DNA from: Octopus sinensis
Lineage: Eukaryota
DNA length: 64,000 nt
Direction: 5' to 3'
Assembly: GCF_006345805.1 (NCBI RefSeq)
Contig: NC_043002.1
Coordinates: 15,996,001 to 16,060,000 of the forward strand
Both the position numbers and the translations under genes were made by a program. The notes beneath the pieces were generated by a model. The model saw only the letters and a list, made by a program, of their open reading frames with translations. It had not been told where the DNA came from and did no database searches. Shown here one piece after another: positions 1 through 12,664 of the stretch. Positions within the stretch are counted from its first letter, which is position 1. Each line of letters opens with the position of its first letter.

Positions 1-785
1 TGTTGTTGTTATTATTATTGTCGTTGTTGTTGTTGTTGTTATTATTTGCATTGATATGTTCTTTATTTAAATTCAGCTGTGATAAATTACCATTTCTTTC
101 TTTTCTTTCTTCTTTTGTTTTTTTTTGTGTTTGATTGTTTCTTTCTTTTGTTTCTTGCTTTCTTTCGGAGTCGATAAAATCATTATCTATCGGGCTCTGT
201 AATTGACTTAACTTCCATTTTTAAAAAATCCTGGCCTTGCACCAACATTTTAAAATAGCATTATCTGTTCTCTTAAAACTTGTCAAATTATGCTGCGTAC
301 AGGAATATTTTGCGAAAGTATTAAGACGACTTATGAGCTCCATACAAATGTTAACTACTTTTCAGAACAACATTTTCCCCATAACTCTCTCAGGCCCTTT
401 AATGATAAGGCGTTTCCAGTCTTCGTATTTATTCTCTGTTAAATAATCATGAAATGTCTTTTCATATTAGCAACGAACGTATTTTATGCAAGGACGACAA
501 AGTATGTTTTATGCAAGGACAGGCTTCGATAAATTACATTAATTGTATGCTTTTTTATTCAAATAATTGGTGTACATATATAGATATAAATGTTCAGGGA
601 AATATGTAATATGGTAACTTATATATATATTCATGTTGCTATTCACTCTTTCTTATACAACTTACAAAATTGTGTGTACAACTAATGCGGATTTAATGAC
701 CAAACGCACTGAAAAGCGAACGTATTTCCACTAAATTTAAGCAGAATTTAAATCAGAAAATTAACGGGTGTTTTATAATAAAGTT

Positions 786-917
786 TATTTATTTATGTGC
801 CCTTTTGAAGCATAGCCAGGCTCATGGCCCTGGTTTCCCGGTTTCTATAGCGTATGTGTCTCCCTCAGCTGGACGGGACGCCAGTCCATCGCAGCGTTAC
901 TCAAGAAACAAGAAGAA
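786..917 (-). mobile_element. SINE family D, 3' fragment
   Basis: Matches the 3' part of the copy at 4433-4743 (gcccttttgaagcatagccaggctcatggccc...gttactcaagaaaca); TAAA-like tail on minus strand. Confidence 0.8.
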
Positions 918-1555
918 TCTACGGTTTAGAGCGGCAGAAGAGAATAATGGGGATCAAGAGAAAGGAATGGTGATATAGCTATATTCATCTTTATGCTTAT
1001 CACATTCAAGAGACCCAATGCAGCAAGTAGTCTACATCCCATAACAATTAAAGCCATTGGGAATTGACAGTTCAGTGCTTGTTGTTGGTGATAAACAAAT
1101 TAATGCCAGATACTCTTCCCGACCTCTATTTTACTGTGACCATAAAATCAGCCATATCAACATAAATTAATATGTCTCAGAAAATGCTAGCAAGATAATG
1201 ATATACCGAGACGAGATGATGACTAGAAAGAGGAAGGGTAGGAGTGACTTAACACATAAAGATTATCAAATAAAGGGGTCATAAACTTGAAAACAAAGGC
1301 GGTCACAATGAGATGTAAGTGTACGAAATAAAAATACGGGAAGCAAAATGTGTATCCTCACTTAGCATCCAAAAAGTAAGTCCTTTTCTAAATTTAAATT
1401 ATTTAATATATAGATTTCGCTACGTTTGGACGCACATTTTTTCCTGTATTTTTTCCTACACGTATTTATATACAGTGAAAGATGCGTGGCTTTGGAGAGT
1501 TTTAACGTTCCTTTCTAGCAAACAGGTACATATTGTACCCTGATTTTAAATATAT

Positions 1556-1915
1556 TTCATTTCATTTTTCATTTCATCTAGTTTCAGCTCACGAGCCGTG
1601 GCTATGCTGGGGCACCGCCATTCGGTGTTGCTACATGCTTTTACTTCACGAATGCTTTTTAGCAATTGACATTTGGTGTATGAGAGAGTTTGATGCGGCT
1701 GCCCTCATCTGCACCTCCTGCCGTGAAGTTGGTTCATCTGGGACACCTGACAGGAAGAGGTCCGGCTTTATTTTGAAGACATCTGCATCCACCCCATGCA
1801 GGTTTCTCAGGTCCTTCGGGAGGATATTGAAGAGCTGTGGACCTCGGAAGCCCAGGCTATCGCAGTATCTTGTCCTACATCTTGATGGCAAATCTGGAGT
1901 CCTTGGCACTATATT
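1556..1915 (-). mobile_element. CR1-group LINE, 5'-truncated 3' end (ORF2 C-terminus, 3' hairpin, (TGAAA)n tail)
   Basis: Minus ORF 1646-1909 reads SLGFRGPQLFNILPKDLRN...DVFKIKPDLFLSGVPDEPT...AAASNSLIHQ, typical of CR1-type ORF2 ends; followed by ggcggtgccccagcatagccacggctcgtgagctgaaac. Confidence 0.85.
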
Positions 1916-4432
1916 TTGTCTATTTGGTTATGTTTGCTTATCACTTATTCTTTTGTAAAAATGGTGACCTATTTGAATTATTTATGCATGCGTGTATATA
2001 TACGTCATCGTGTCTATACACTGTGTGGGTGTCTCTCTACTTAAGAAATCACTATTTCTGTTATGTCGTTCAGTAATTTCATTTCAATTTCTCATTGCAC
2101 TGACAGGTGCACCTGTGTTAGAAGTATTTTACAGCTAGTTATCAGTATTTTTTCTTCTCTTTGTTAATATTGGAAATTGTGTGGCAGACTTGGAAAATTC
2201 AGTTGGTGTAATTGATTTTTTTTGTTTTTGTTATTTCACTTATTTGTAGGAAAAAACTTCTATTGACTTAGACATGAATCGTGTTTCCTACGTAATCTCT
2301 GATATCAATTACTTATTTGGGAGAGGCCTGTACTCCTAATTTGTGTTACTTTTGGTTCGTGGGATTTTAAATGAATTTTTCAGGTTCTTGCTTATTATAT
2401 CAAGCTCACATATTATTATAAACAGATTAATGCCATACAACTCCTCGAAATTGTTTTCTCCCAGTCAGAGAAGACAGTAGAACTAATGCATTATTAAATT
2501 TACTTATGTCTTAATAGCTATATCTTAAACACTGTATTGATGGCGGTTCTTGTATTCAATAAATAACACAAATATTTTCAATGAAATTTGCATAGTCTAA
2601 CTAACCCGATATTCGGAAATCTTCCGACAGATATGTATAATTTATGATCATTATACCTACACATAGTCTCACGTGCACATTCGAGCATGCACTTATATGT
2701 ACAGTCAATGAGACAAATAGATATCTCTTTAGTTATTTCCACTCAGGATTGTATTAGCAGTTGTTTCTAATCGCATAGGGATTTAGCAGATAGCATTACA
2801 TGAGCATGTATTTCAAGGGCTGTGACCTGGTGACTAAACATTGTAAGGGAGAGAACCATTTCTTGATTAACTTAGAACTGTGAGATTAGAACTGTAAATA
2901 GAAGAGCGAGGGAGAAAATTCATAAAATACATATATATATTTTGATTGATTACATGCTGTGCTTACACCAGAGAGTGCTTTTTCAACTTTGTTATTCAGA
3001 TATCCTTTTCCGGGAACAAACTCAGACAGCGTAGATAGCGTTCAGATTTCTGGTACTCTCACATGATAAAACATAACAACTATGAGGTAGACTTAGTCTT
3101 TCTTTTTTATTTTTGTTTTCACCCAGCTTGACCTTTAATAACAGATATATGGTTCAACACTCTGATTCGATGTTGTGGTTGTAGATATGAATGTCATGAT
3201 CACATTTTCTGATAAAATAGTTGCTCATATGTGTAGGATGTCTGTTGATGTTCAATTAAGTTTCGGAATCTTTCCTCTACGGTAAAGGTGCACGAAATAT
3301 GATAATCTGGGCTAAGACAGAAACAAAGAATATTTAACTTAACACCTTTCCATTTTAACATCTATTATGCATGGATTACTGAAATGTACTACGGCATCTG
3401 CTGAATTGTCAGGGTAGATGGTTACCTATAGCAACCTTTCACTAAATTGAGCTGGTCTATTATGCTTTTATTTCAGTAGCTATTGACACTGGAGCCATCA
3501 CTGTAGAAAGTTGCGATTTTGAGGGACACACCGTGTGAAGGAGAAAGCGGACGAACTCTTCCGGAATATTCGCACAATCAACGTTAGGTACATCAAGGTG
3601 ATGAACACCATTGTAAGGGTGAAAGAATCATTTAAAGGTCTTTAAAAATTTAAAGCAAAACGAGCTGGACGTGCCTAACGGATCTCCAATTATACGATTC
3701 TAATGGAGCATCAATTCCAGAAAAATATTAGCATTACCTCAGACAGAGAGCTTGCAGAATTTTTAGCACACCGAGCAAGACGCTTAGCGGCATTTTACGG
3801 AGGATCAATACCTATGACAAAATAAGAGACCCACTGATTTGTATTCTACCCCTTCAGGCTCCATGTTAAATGCTTACGAATGTAACATATATTCGCTTTT
3901 GTGGGTAATGGAAATAGTGTGGCTGTGAAATCGATGGCTGAATTTTGTAGTTGACTTCCATATTTAATAATATACATATGTAAGTGTTACTTGTCGACAT
4001 TTGTTTATTATACTTTCCCTTAAACATTGGTTTTCCAGGGAGCAATCGCTACGGTTGGGATATTTAAACGATTATAAGGGCTTTCAGTTAGAAAAGTTTC
4101 TATTTATTTTCTAATTGAAATATTCAGAAATTATATTCCACCTCGACAAATGGAGATAATATGACTCATTTGTTTTTTCTTCTTCTTGGCTAGCTATATA
4201 TGTTTCATTTGTGGTGATCCTAGATTGGTTTTATATACGCATAATCCGGACCTACCATTTCCTTCGGAGGTTAGCAATTCCTTCCATACGACACTCACAG
4301 AGACACACAATCATATATACATGCATGCATGCATGCATATATTCATACATACAAACGTAACCGAGTATTTAATGAAAAACTCTGGAGTCGTTCCCTGTAC
4401 ATCTATATGTTTATCATTTATTGCATTTATAT

Positions 4433-4743
4433 TGTTATTTATGCGCCCTTTTCAAGCCCAGCCAGGCTCATGGGCCCGGTTTCCCGGATTCAGTGGAGTG
4501 TGCGTTCCCCCCAGCAGGACGGGACGGAAGTCCATGGCAACGTTACTCAAGAAACAGGAAAAGAGAGTTAGAGAAAGATGGGACAAAAGAGTACAACAGG
4601 GATCGCCAGCACCCCCTGCCGGAATCTCGTGGAGCTTTACGTGTTCTCGCTCAGTAAACACACACGCCTGATCTGGAAATCGAAACCGCGGTCCTCCGAC
4701 AGCTAGTCCGCTGGCCTAAACACTGGGCCATTGTGCCTCCACA
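4433..4743 (-). mobile_element. tRNA-derived SINE family D, near full length
   Basis: Minus-strand head ggaggcacaatggcccagtgtttagg (A box) ... ggtttcgatttcc (B box); related copies at 786-917 and 21575-21683. Confidence 0.85.
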
Positions 4744-5924
4744 TTGTATTTATAAGAGAATGATTTTTTACGTGGGAAGTTCTGAGCCATATATAGTCCA
4801 GGCCTCTTTCTTAATCTCTAAGCATTGCACGAATCTGCTTTGAGTCTCGTAGGTTGCCCAACTTTCATTTGTCATTTTGTATATGCACACTCCCACTTGT
4901 CCTCATTATTTCTGGAGTATCAGCAGCACAAGTTGCTTCAACTACTATATAAATGAAACATAAATTAGACAATCACGTTTCTTCATGAATTAATTTGCAT
5001 ATTTGTGATTTTGTAGGTTATTCTTTACGTACAAAAATATGTTGAAGCTTAATTTATAACTGCTTAGTACAGCAGGTGACTTACATCATTGATTGCATTG
5101 GGAAATAAGTCGTTACTGAAAATCTGCTACCATACAATGAGAAACTACAGCAGGTCAAACATTTGGTTATTTTTTAATTCCAGCTTTCGCACAAAATATT
5201 ATGTTTCCTCATTCTTAATAAATCTAGTTTTTGTTTGTTTCATTTTTTTCATATTTAATTTTGTTCTATTTCTTTTGATTTACGCTGTGGCTTCCATAAA
5301 ATATTTATTTTAATAACGCTCCGTCAATAGGAAAAATATGGAAATTGGGCTAGGCTTTCATAAACAAGCCTGTGTTATATAGAAGCTGTCGTATGTTATT
5401 CATTGGCGAGTAAAGCCTGGTACTGTTTCTCAGAGGAGCAAAACAGAAACTAGTTTCCATCGAGTGAATCGATAAAAACTTTCTTTTTTTTATATGTGCA
5501 TTACTTGCATAGAATCAATGCTTACAACCATATTAGTTGAGACTTATACTTTCTAAGTCTATTTTGTGTTGTGCATCAGTGTATATGTACCTAGACACAC
5601 AGACACATACTCACACAGAAACATGCATGCATACTCAAACTCATATAGACACACATGAACGCACATGTATTTGTTTGGTGTCGGTAGTCGGAACAAAACT
5701 TACTAAATAATAGTAGCGATTATAATACTCATATTTCTTCACTTCGGACTCTTGCATGCCATAAATGTAGGAAGAGCCTAAGAGTTCAGAGGCGAAATAG
5801 CAAAGTAGTAGCAGATTCACTTGACAAATATGAATTCATAGCTACTCGCAAAAAACACACTGACACACTGGCACACTTTTCTATGAGTACGTAACATACG
5901 TACGTGGGTAAATATGTAAGTATG

Positions 5925-5972
5925 TATTTATGCAAGTATGTATGTATGTATGTATGTATGTATGTATGTATG

Positions 5973-6030
<58 letters not shown>
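5925..6030. repeat. Compound microsatellite (TATG)n(TCTA)n
   Basis: Direct reading. Confidence 0.95.
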
Positions 6031-6380
6031 AATATATATATATATTATATATATTAAATTTGAGATAAAAACACTATTAGGCAAATCAAACAGTGAAAAT
6101 CAGAAGCCAATACATAGAAATAAAATTAATTAAAAAAATATAAAATATAAAATATAAAAAATATAAAATTCCAAATTAAAATATTTAATTAAATTAAAAA
6201 TTAAAAATATTTAAATAATTTAAACTTATAAATTTTAATATATATATATATTTATTATTATTATTATTTTATTTTTTTATTTATTTATTTTATCTTATTA
6301 TTTTTTTAAAAATTTAATTTTTTTTAAATTTAAATTATATAACTATCAAAAAGTATTAAATGTTTAATATAAGATAAGAG

Positions 6381-6452
<72 letters not shown>
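6030..6452. repeat. Extremely AT-rich low-complexity tract ending in (TA)n
   Basis: Direct reading. Confidence 0.9.
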
Positions 6453-6458
<6 letters not shown>

Positions 6459-6509
6459 ACATACACTAAGAGAGATACACGGTGTTGTTCATGATTAAGC
6501 AGGCATGGT

Positions 6510-6700
6510 TTTTATTGTTTTAACTGTTATGGTGATGTGACTGCAGACATGCTAGAGCACCGCCTTTAGTGGAGGAAATCGACCCAACGGTTTATTCCTT
6601 GTAAGCCTAGTACTTATTCTATCGGCGTATTTTACTAAAGAGCTAAGTTAGGGAGACGTAGATACAGAAAAGTCGATTGTCAAGCGATAATGCACGCACA
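6510..6700 (-). mobile_element. SINE family B, degenerate 3' half
   Basis: gagcaccgcctttag...cttgtaagcctagtacttattctatcgg...ttgtcaagcgat matches the reverse complement of the family B 3' half. Confidence 0.75.
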
Positions 6701-7098
6701 CACACACACAGACACTCACACGCACACAGACAGACACACATAAACATATAATTAGAAAAATATAATGAACGTGAATAAACAGGAGATACTGCTATTGCAG
6801 CTACCATACGCATTCCCACACACACTTAACAAACATAGACACACATAGGGATATACACATGCGCAAATAAATACACATACAACAGGGACACAAAATGACA
6901 GATCGTTAGGAAGGAGAGACATAAAAGAGAAAGACGAAAGCAGAGGGCCACTGAGGTGAGAGATGTGTGGCGAAAGAAATCTGGCTGAAATATGATTAAC
7001 ATGAAATAAAGCTGATGTTAAGGAGTAATGAATAAAGAGAGCGCGTGTGTGTGTGTGTGTTTTCATTGGCTAAATTGGCAGCATGACCATCCCCAAAT

Positions 7099-7149
<51 letters not shown>

Positions 7150-7369
7150 ACCACAAAATTAATATAAACACCACTTAACAATTATAAATATCACTAAATG
7201 TGACTGAGTGTTAAAAATTAGAGACACACCAATCTAATGCTGTAGTTAACGCACATTAGAGCGGTTTAGCTCTTATGTCTAGCAATGTATGTAATTCTTA
7301 ACACCTTTGTCCCATTTAGTGACATTTATAGTGGCCCTTTTTGGCAAAACATCGCAAACTGCTGTTTAT

Positions 7370-7640
7370 ATCAATTTTATATACGCAAATTATTGAATCG
7401 CTAAATCATCAAAAAATATTGGAAGAAGAAAACATAAATACTAATGCCGAAGCCGGTCCAGAAAGAGCCGAAGTCGAGCTCACTTAACTGAAGAGGCAAC
7501 GGAAACTGCCGAAATTGACACGTCAGTATTACGTTTTCTCTTTCGGCACTTTTCGGTGATTATGGTCCCCGTAGTGTACATGTTTTCATTCATGTGTGTT
7601 AACTACGGCATTAGAACCGTCTAGCTTTTATTTCTCGCAA
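7370..7640 (+). mobile_element. Penelope-like element 3' end / pLTR remnant
   Basis: Decayed GIY-YIG-like C-terminal coding (cgcaaattattgaatcgctaaatc...ataaatactaat) followed by a hammerhead motif, the usual PLE pLTR arrangement. Confidence 0.6.
7482..7534 (+). ncRNA. Type I hammerhead ribozyme motif, catalytic core intact
   Basis: CTGAAGA 7488-7494; stem II GGCA/TGCC; GAAA 7511-7514; stem III ATTGAC/GTCAGT (one G-U); GUA cleavage triplet 7526-7528; short stem I with one mismatch. Confidence 0.75.
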
Positions 7641-9539
7641 TGTAGGTGTTTCCTTACGCCCTAGTCGAATTTAGTAATACATACACACATGCACACACAT
7701 ATATCATATATATAATCGGTGTCATAAGTGAGAATGTGAAATTAGTATTGCTTGGAGTAGTGACTCTTGGAATATACATAAATCTATAATGAATGGCATA
7801 TACGTGTTTGATTGAAAATCACCATTTACTATGCTTCGACTTTTCAACCCCTTTTTCAAATATATTATTTAAGTGTGCTTCGAGAACCACTACTCCAAAA
7901 GATCAGTACTTTTGTCTGCAATGTTAGTGAGTAGGTTTACTTGCGGGCATGTCTACATATATATTTACACATGTTACTTTCACCTTTCTCAGAGAATGTT
8001 AAACAAATAATCTGCCCTCGTACAATTCTAACACTTTCACCTACACTTCATTCAAATAACGATTGCTACTAATATTGCATATATCTGTGAAGCTTTGGAT
8101 GTCGTCCAAAATCTAATTGCTCAGTAGTAGGACTACTTTTCTCTTTGACCAATAGTCATTATTTTCACTTTGCATGTTTGCCAAAATTCTAGAGGCTACA
8201 ATACAATATAAATAAATGTAGCTTTATTAAAAATATATGTCGATTATTTGTGTGCTACAGTCTGAAGGTTTATCGGTCATTGTGTTTATTCTTTTGTTTG
8301 TTTGTTTCCTCTTATCCTACTTACATTTTGTACAAGTGGAAATTTGCGACTAAAAGATACGTATTTATTGCCATTTAATATTGCATTTTATTTGCTGGAG
8401 GTTAAACTCGAAATTTGTTGAACTCAATAAAAAACATTGTTTCACAATCCAAAAGGCATAGATTAAAACAAATAATTTCATGAATGAAAACCTCTCTGAT
8501 AATAATCTATATTTTTTTATGATGTTCAATGTTTCTGTATTTATTCATTGTTTCTTCCTATGTTTAACATTTATCCATGCAATTAACAATCACTCTGTAA
8601 TTTATTCGTTGTTTTATCGCGAATTATATAGTATTGTATTGAAGATGTGACTTTTCTGTTGTACTGTATATTATGCTTATTGTTGCGGTTGCCATATTTT
8701 ATTATCATGTCACACAATCTGTCTTTACCAATGTTATATATATTAGGAGTCTAAATGTCTCACGGCGTTTGACTTTTCTGCAAATCTATGTTTAATTATT
8801 CTACAGCGTTTGAGAAACAAAATTCTTTCCGAGATAAATAGATATATCTTTGAACTAGATTCATTACGTTGTTTATTATCAGTGATAGCTCAATAACCGG
8901 GCACGACAAGTGATGAGCAAGCATTTACTTCTATGGAATAGTTTTCTCTTTGTTTGATAGATATTTTCAACCCATCATGATTTTTTTCAGGTAAAGATGC
9001 CTACAGTACAAAGCTACATTAAGCCAATGTCACAACAATATGGATTATATTATATCAGGACTTAGATTGTCTTAAACTTACAATGGGTAGTTTACATTCA
9101 GATCTCAGTTTTCATGGGAAAATATAAATCCTTAAAATAGGAGTTTGCGAAGCCCTTTCGAAAGACATCCATGTAAACACTACAACGTTCAAGAGGAAAT
9201 CATATGTAAATCCATCGGATGGCTTCATTTATGTAAACTCTATCTTGCTACTTCAAGATGCTGTCATAGATACATTGGAGACTTTATAAAGGGACATATA
9301 AATATGAATATATCCCTGATCATGTACATTATAAGGCACGTAAATATTTTCCTCTCGATAGTGCAATCGTCTCTGACGTTGATGTGTCGATTTACATTGG
9401 AAAAGTTATTCAAGACTCGTTCAAAGAAGGCAAATGTGAAGTAAACCATTTGAATGGAACCCAGCAATCACCGAATATCACTATAATCAAAGACTTATAA
9501 TGTATTTCGGAACAGAATGTGATCAATAGCTCCTCTCCC

Positions 9540-9700
9540 TCATCGTTGAGGAAAGAGCTGAAGCAGGATGTTTTTGATGAGTGACCCAATAGTCCATTAA
9601 AAAATATTCACAGCATGTACGGGTCAGTTCCTTCACATATTAAACTGTGATTGATGCAAAAGGGAAGCATGTCAATAATATCAAATAATCACATCTTTAT
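9540..9700 (+). mobile_element. Tc1/mariner transposase C-terminal remnant
   Basis: gtgattgatgcaaaagggaagcatgtcaataa reads VIDAKGKHVN-stop-like, matching the conserved AVIxAKGGH end of Tc1/mariner transposases. Confidence 0.5.
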
Positions 9701-9719
9701 TGTCATAAGACTTGAAATT

Positions 9720-9885
9720 TGGGTGGATGTGGTTAGTCGTCTGCATCAATCCGTGTCATGGAACGATTCTTACTTCATCATCCACTAGAAAATAAAAGTC
9801 AAAGCTTGAGCAGCATTTGAAATTAGAACGTAAAGACGGACAACATTCCGCAAAGAATTTCGTCCGGCAATCTAATAATTCTGAC
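9720..9885 (-). mobile_element. SINE family A, highly degenerate
   Basis: catttgaaattagaacgtaaagacggac...gaatttcgtccggc resembles the reverse complement of the family A head. Confidence 0.55.
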
Positions 9886-11050
9886 TGTCTTCCGACTTAA
9901 AACCGTTTCACAACAGAATATTTTTTCATAGAGTCTGGAATAATTGGCCACATTAACACTAAACACACATATACACGCATACAGACACACACACATACGC
10001 GCACACAACATATAAATACATAGCGAATTCCAATCGGTACAGCATGTTGTTTTCAAATTTCTCACAAAAGGTGTCAAACCGACCCTACTATATTGTGTAG
10101 TTGACAAAATTGGAAACGGACAATGCGCCTGTATGAAATTAGAAAATATAAAATAGCGACAAATCGCCATCGTAAATATTATACCCAACTCTGACGTAAT
10201 TGTTTCAGTAATTTCCATTATATTATTATCTATTTACATCTAGAGAGATTTAAAACAAGTTGTTTTTCTCTATACGAGATCACCGACAGTGTGTCGCTTA
10301 AAGAATATATACTGTTTGCGAGTGGAGAGAGCTTTCATCAACAGTTGGTGATTGTCTCACACCGAAGACGAATAACCACCCAGAAACCATGGTCTGTGAG
10401 CGTCAAGTAAGACTGGAGCTTGGAGCGGTGATCATCCTTGCAAAGACTATAACCAGCTGGAAAAGATGTTTTCCTGGGTTTTAAATAACAGTAACATCGT
10501 CTTTTATAGAACCGTCTTATTCTGTTGGCAAATAAACTTTATTATTCGGTATCGTTACGTTATACCACTCCTTCAGAGATTTAAAACAAGTCATTTTTAC
10601 ATGCCGGTTAGGGTTGCGAAACGAAACTCAGTCTTCTTACCAGAAATTGCTGCAAGAGAAATTCGGCCAATAAAATGCACAAGAAATTGGTTTTAATTTC
10701 GATGCAGTCATTAATTAATTACGCATTTAGTTTTTAAGTTTTCGTCGGTATATTTCAAGACATAATTCTTCCAGTGTTAATGGTTTTCTTCAAAACATTG
10801 CTTTCTTCGTTATTGCTTAATATGTAATATATACGTTATGTAAAAGGTGAATAATGACGTGTGATCTTTTAAACGCGTTGGAGTGAATGCATCTGACTAT
10901 GTGTTCAAGATATTTGTGGGCATCATTTATACGTTGCAAATAGTATAACAAAGTAAAGTGCAATACACCACAACGTAGCTTATTAACTACTAAATCACTA
11001 TATTCATGGGTGTATGTGTACTGATGTGCGTGCACCGTTCATGCGTTTAA

Positions 11051-11083
<33 letters not shown>

Positions 11084-11094
11084 CATGGATATAT

Positions 11095-11249
11095 ATAGGT
11101 GCAGGATTAGCTATGTGTTAAGGAGCTTCCTTACTTCCAAGTCACGCAGTTCGAGGTTCAGTCCCACTCTGTGGCACCTTGGGTACCCTTAATATACTCT
11201 GGGGACTTCTACCATAGACATTGTAGACGGAAACTGAAAGAAGCCCGTC

Positions 11250-11250
<1 letters not shown>
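11095..11250 (+). mobile_element. SINE family B, 5' half
   Basis: ataggtgcagga...gttcagtcccact...ggcaccttggg...gacggaaactgaaagaagcccgtcg, then (TA)n(TG)n. Confidence 0.85.
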
Positions 11251-11320
<70 letters not shown>

Positions 11321-11461
11321 TAGGCGCAGGAGTGGCTATGTGGTAAGAAGCTTCTTTCCGAACAACATCATTCTGGGTTCAGTCTCACCACGTGGCAATT
11401 TGGCCCAGTGTTTTCTACTATAGCTTCAGGCCGACCAAAGCCTTGTGAGCGGACTTGGTAG
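11321..11461 (+). mobile_element. SINE family B, second 5' half starting in the first copy's microsatellite
   Basis: taggcgcaggagtggctatgtggtaag...ggccgaccaaagccttgtgag. Confidence 0.85.
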
Positions 11462-11524
11462 ATACACACACACATACACACACACACACACACACACAGA
11501 CACACACACATATATATATATGTG

Positions 11525-11567
<43 letters not shown>

Positions 11568-11594
11568 ATATATATATACATATATACACATATG

Positions 11595-11643
<49 letters not shown>

Positions 11644-11790
11644 TATGTATATATATATATATATATTATATATATATATATATGTGTGTGTGTTTGCATA
11701 TATATAATCATATATGATTATATAAGTATATATTTATGTATGCATAAATATGGATATACATGTATATACATATAATCACGTATATAATTT
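11462..11790. repeat. Compound (CA)n/(TA)n microsatellite
   Basis: Direct reading; source of several YI-repeat ORFs. Confidence 0.95.
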
Positions 11791-12413
11791 TATGAATATT
11801 TTGCATGTTTGTACGAATATTATGCTTATGTGTAACTAATCATAAATATGCTGTAATTCAAATTACATTTCCAATAAATGCAATTTATATGCACACATGC
11901 AACTATACATATTCAGTATTTATCAGCAGACTTATATTCAAGAGATATTCAAGTATGTAATGGATACATAAGAACATACTCCACCATGGCCCGATTTATA
12001 TTTAACTGCCACGTACACAAATTCATTTGAGCAACAAGCTGTCTCTTTTATCAGTTCTAAAGTTTCCACATTTGTAATGGTGGAATACTGAGCCAATTCT
12101 GTTATCTATAATGATAGTTATAATTTACTGTGTTGTGCCAGCATTACAAAGTGCAGAATTTTCTTGCAGAGTTGATGACTGCAATTTATTTCTTTTACGC
12201 TTCTAATGCTTCAAGATAGATTGTACATCATGTCGTGCAAATTTCGTGCCAGTGTACGACTAAAAGCAATTCGATGTGTATAGATATTAGAACATAATGA
12301 TATGAAGAGCTGTGAAGAAGAAGAGCATTTGTGCTGATCGCATGTACTGTTAGACCGCTTGTACTTTTATTTTCTCATATGTTATGTTCATTGGAAACGG
12401 ACTCATGTTGCCT

Positions 12414-12640
12414 GCTGGCAGAAACGTTAGTACGCCGGGCGAAATGCATAGCTGTATTTCGTCTGCCGCTACGTTCTGAGTTCAAATCCCGCCGAGGTCG
12501 ACTTTGCCTTTCATCCTTTTGGGGTCAATAAATTAAGTACCAGTTACGGACTGGGGTCGATGTAATCGACTTAATCCGTTTCTCTGTCCTTGTTGTCCTC
12601 TCTGTGTTTAGCCCCTTGTGGGTAGTATAGAAATAGGTAT
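12414..12640 (+). mobile_element. tRNA-derived SINE family A (tail type i)
   Basis: gctggcagaaacgttag...gttctgagttcaaatcc (B box)...gaggtcgactttgcctttcatcc...gtttagccccttgtgggtag; close relatives at 13263, 17906, 41622. Confidence 0.9.
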
Positions 12641-12664
12641 TTTAGTCATTTTAATAAATGATTA

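Noticed and set aside
1040-1260. Possible RT remnant (IYRDE, KISHIN)
   Set aside because: The motifs are imperfect, lie in inconsistent frames and have no supporting context.
4680-4743. tRNA-like heads of SINE families A, B, D and E as tRNA genes
   Set aside because: A/B boxes are present but there is no full cloverleaf, and they continue into SINE bodies.
5769-5812. Hammerhead-like aggaaga-gcct...aggc-gaaa
   Set aside because: C3 and U4 are both absent, and stems I and III are not convincing.
10320-10460. Possible Tc1 transposase remnant
   Set aside because: Only vague resemblance near a QDN-like motif; not supportable.
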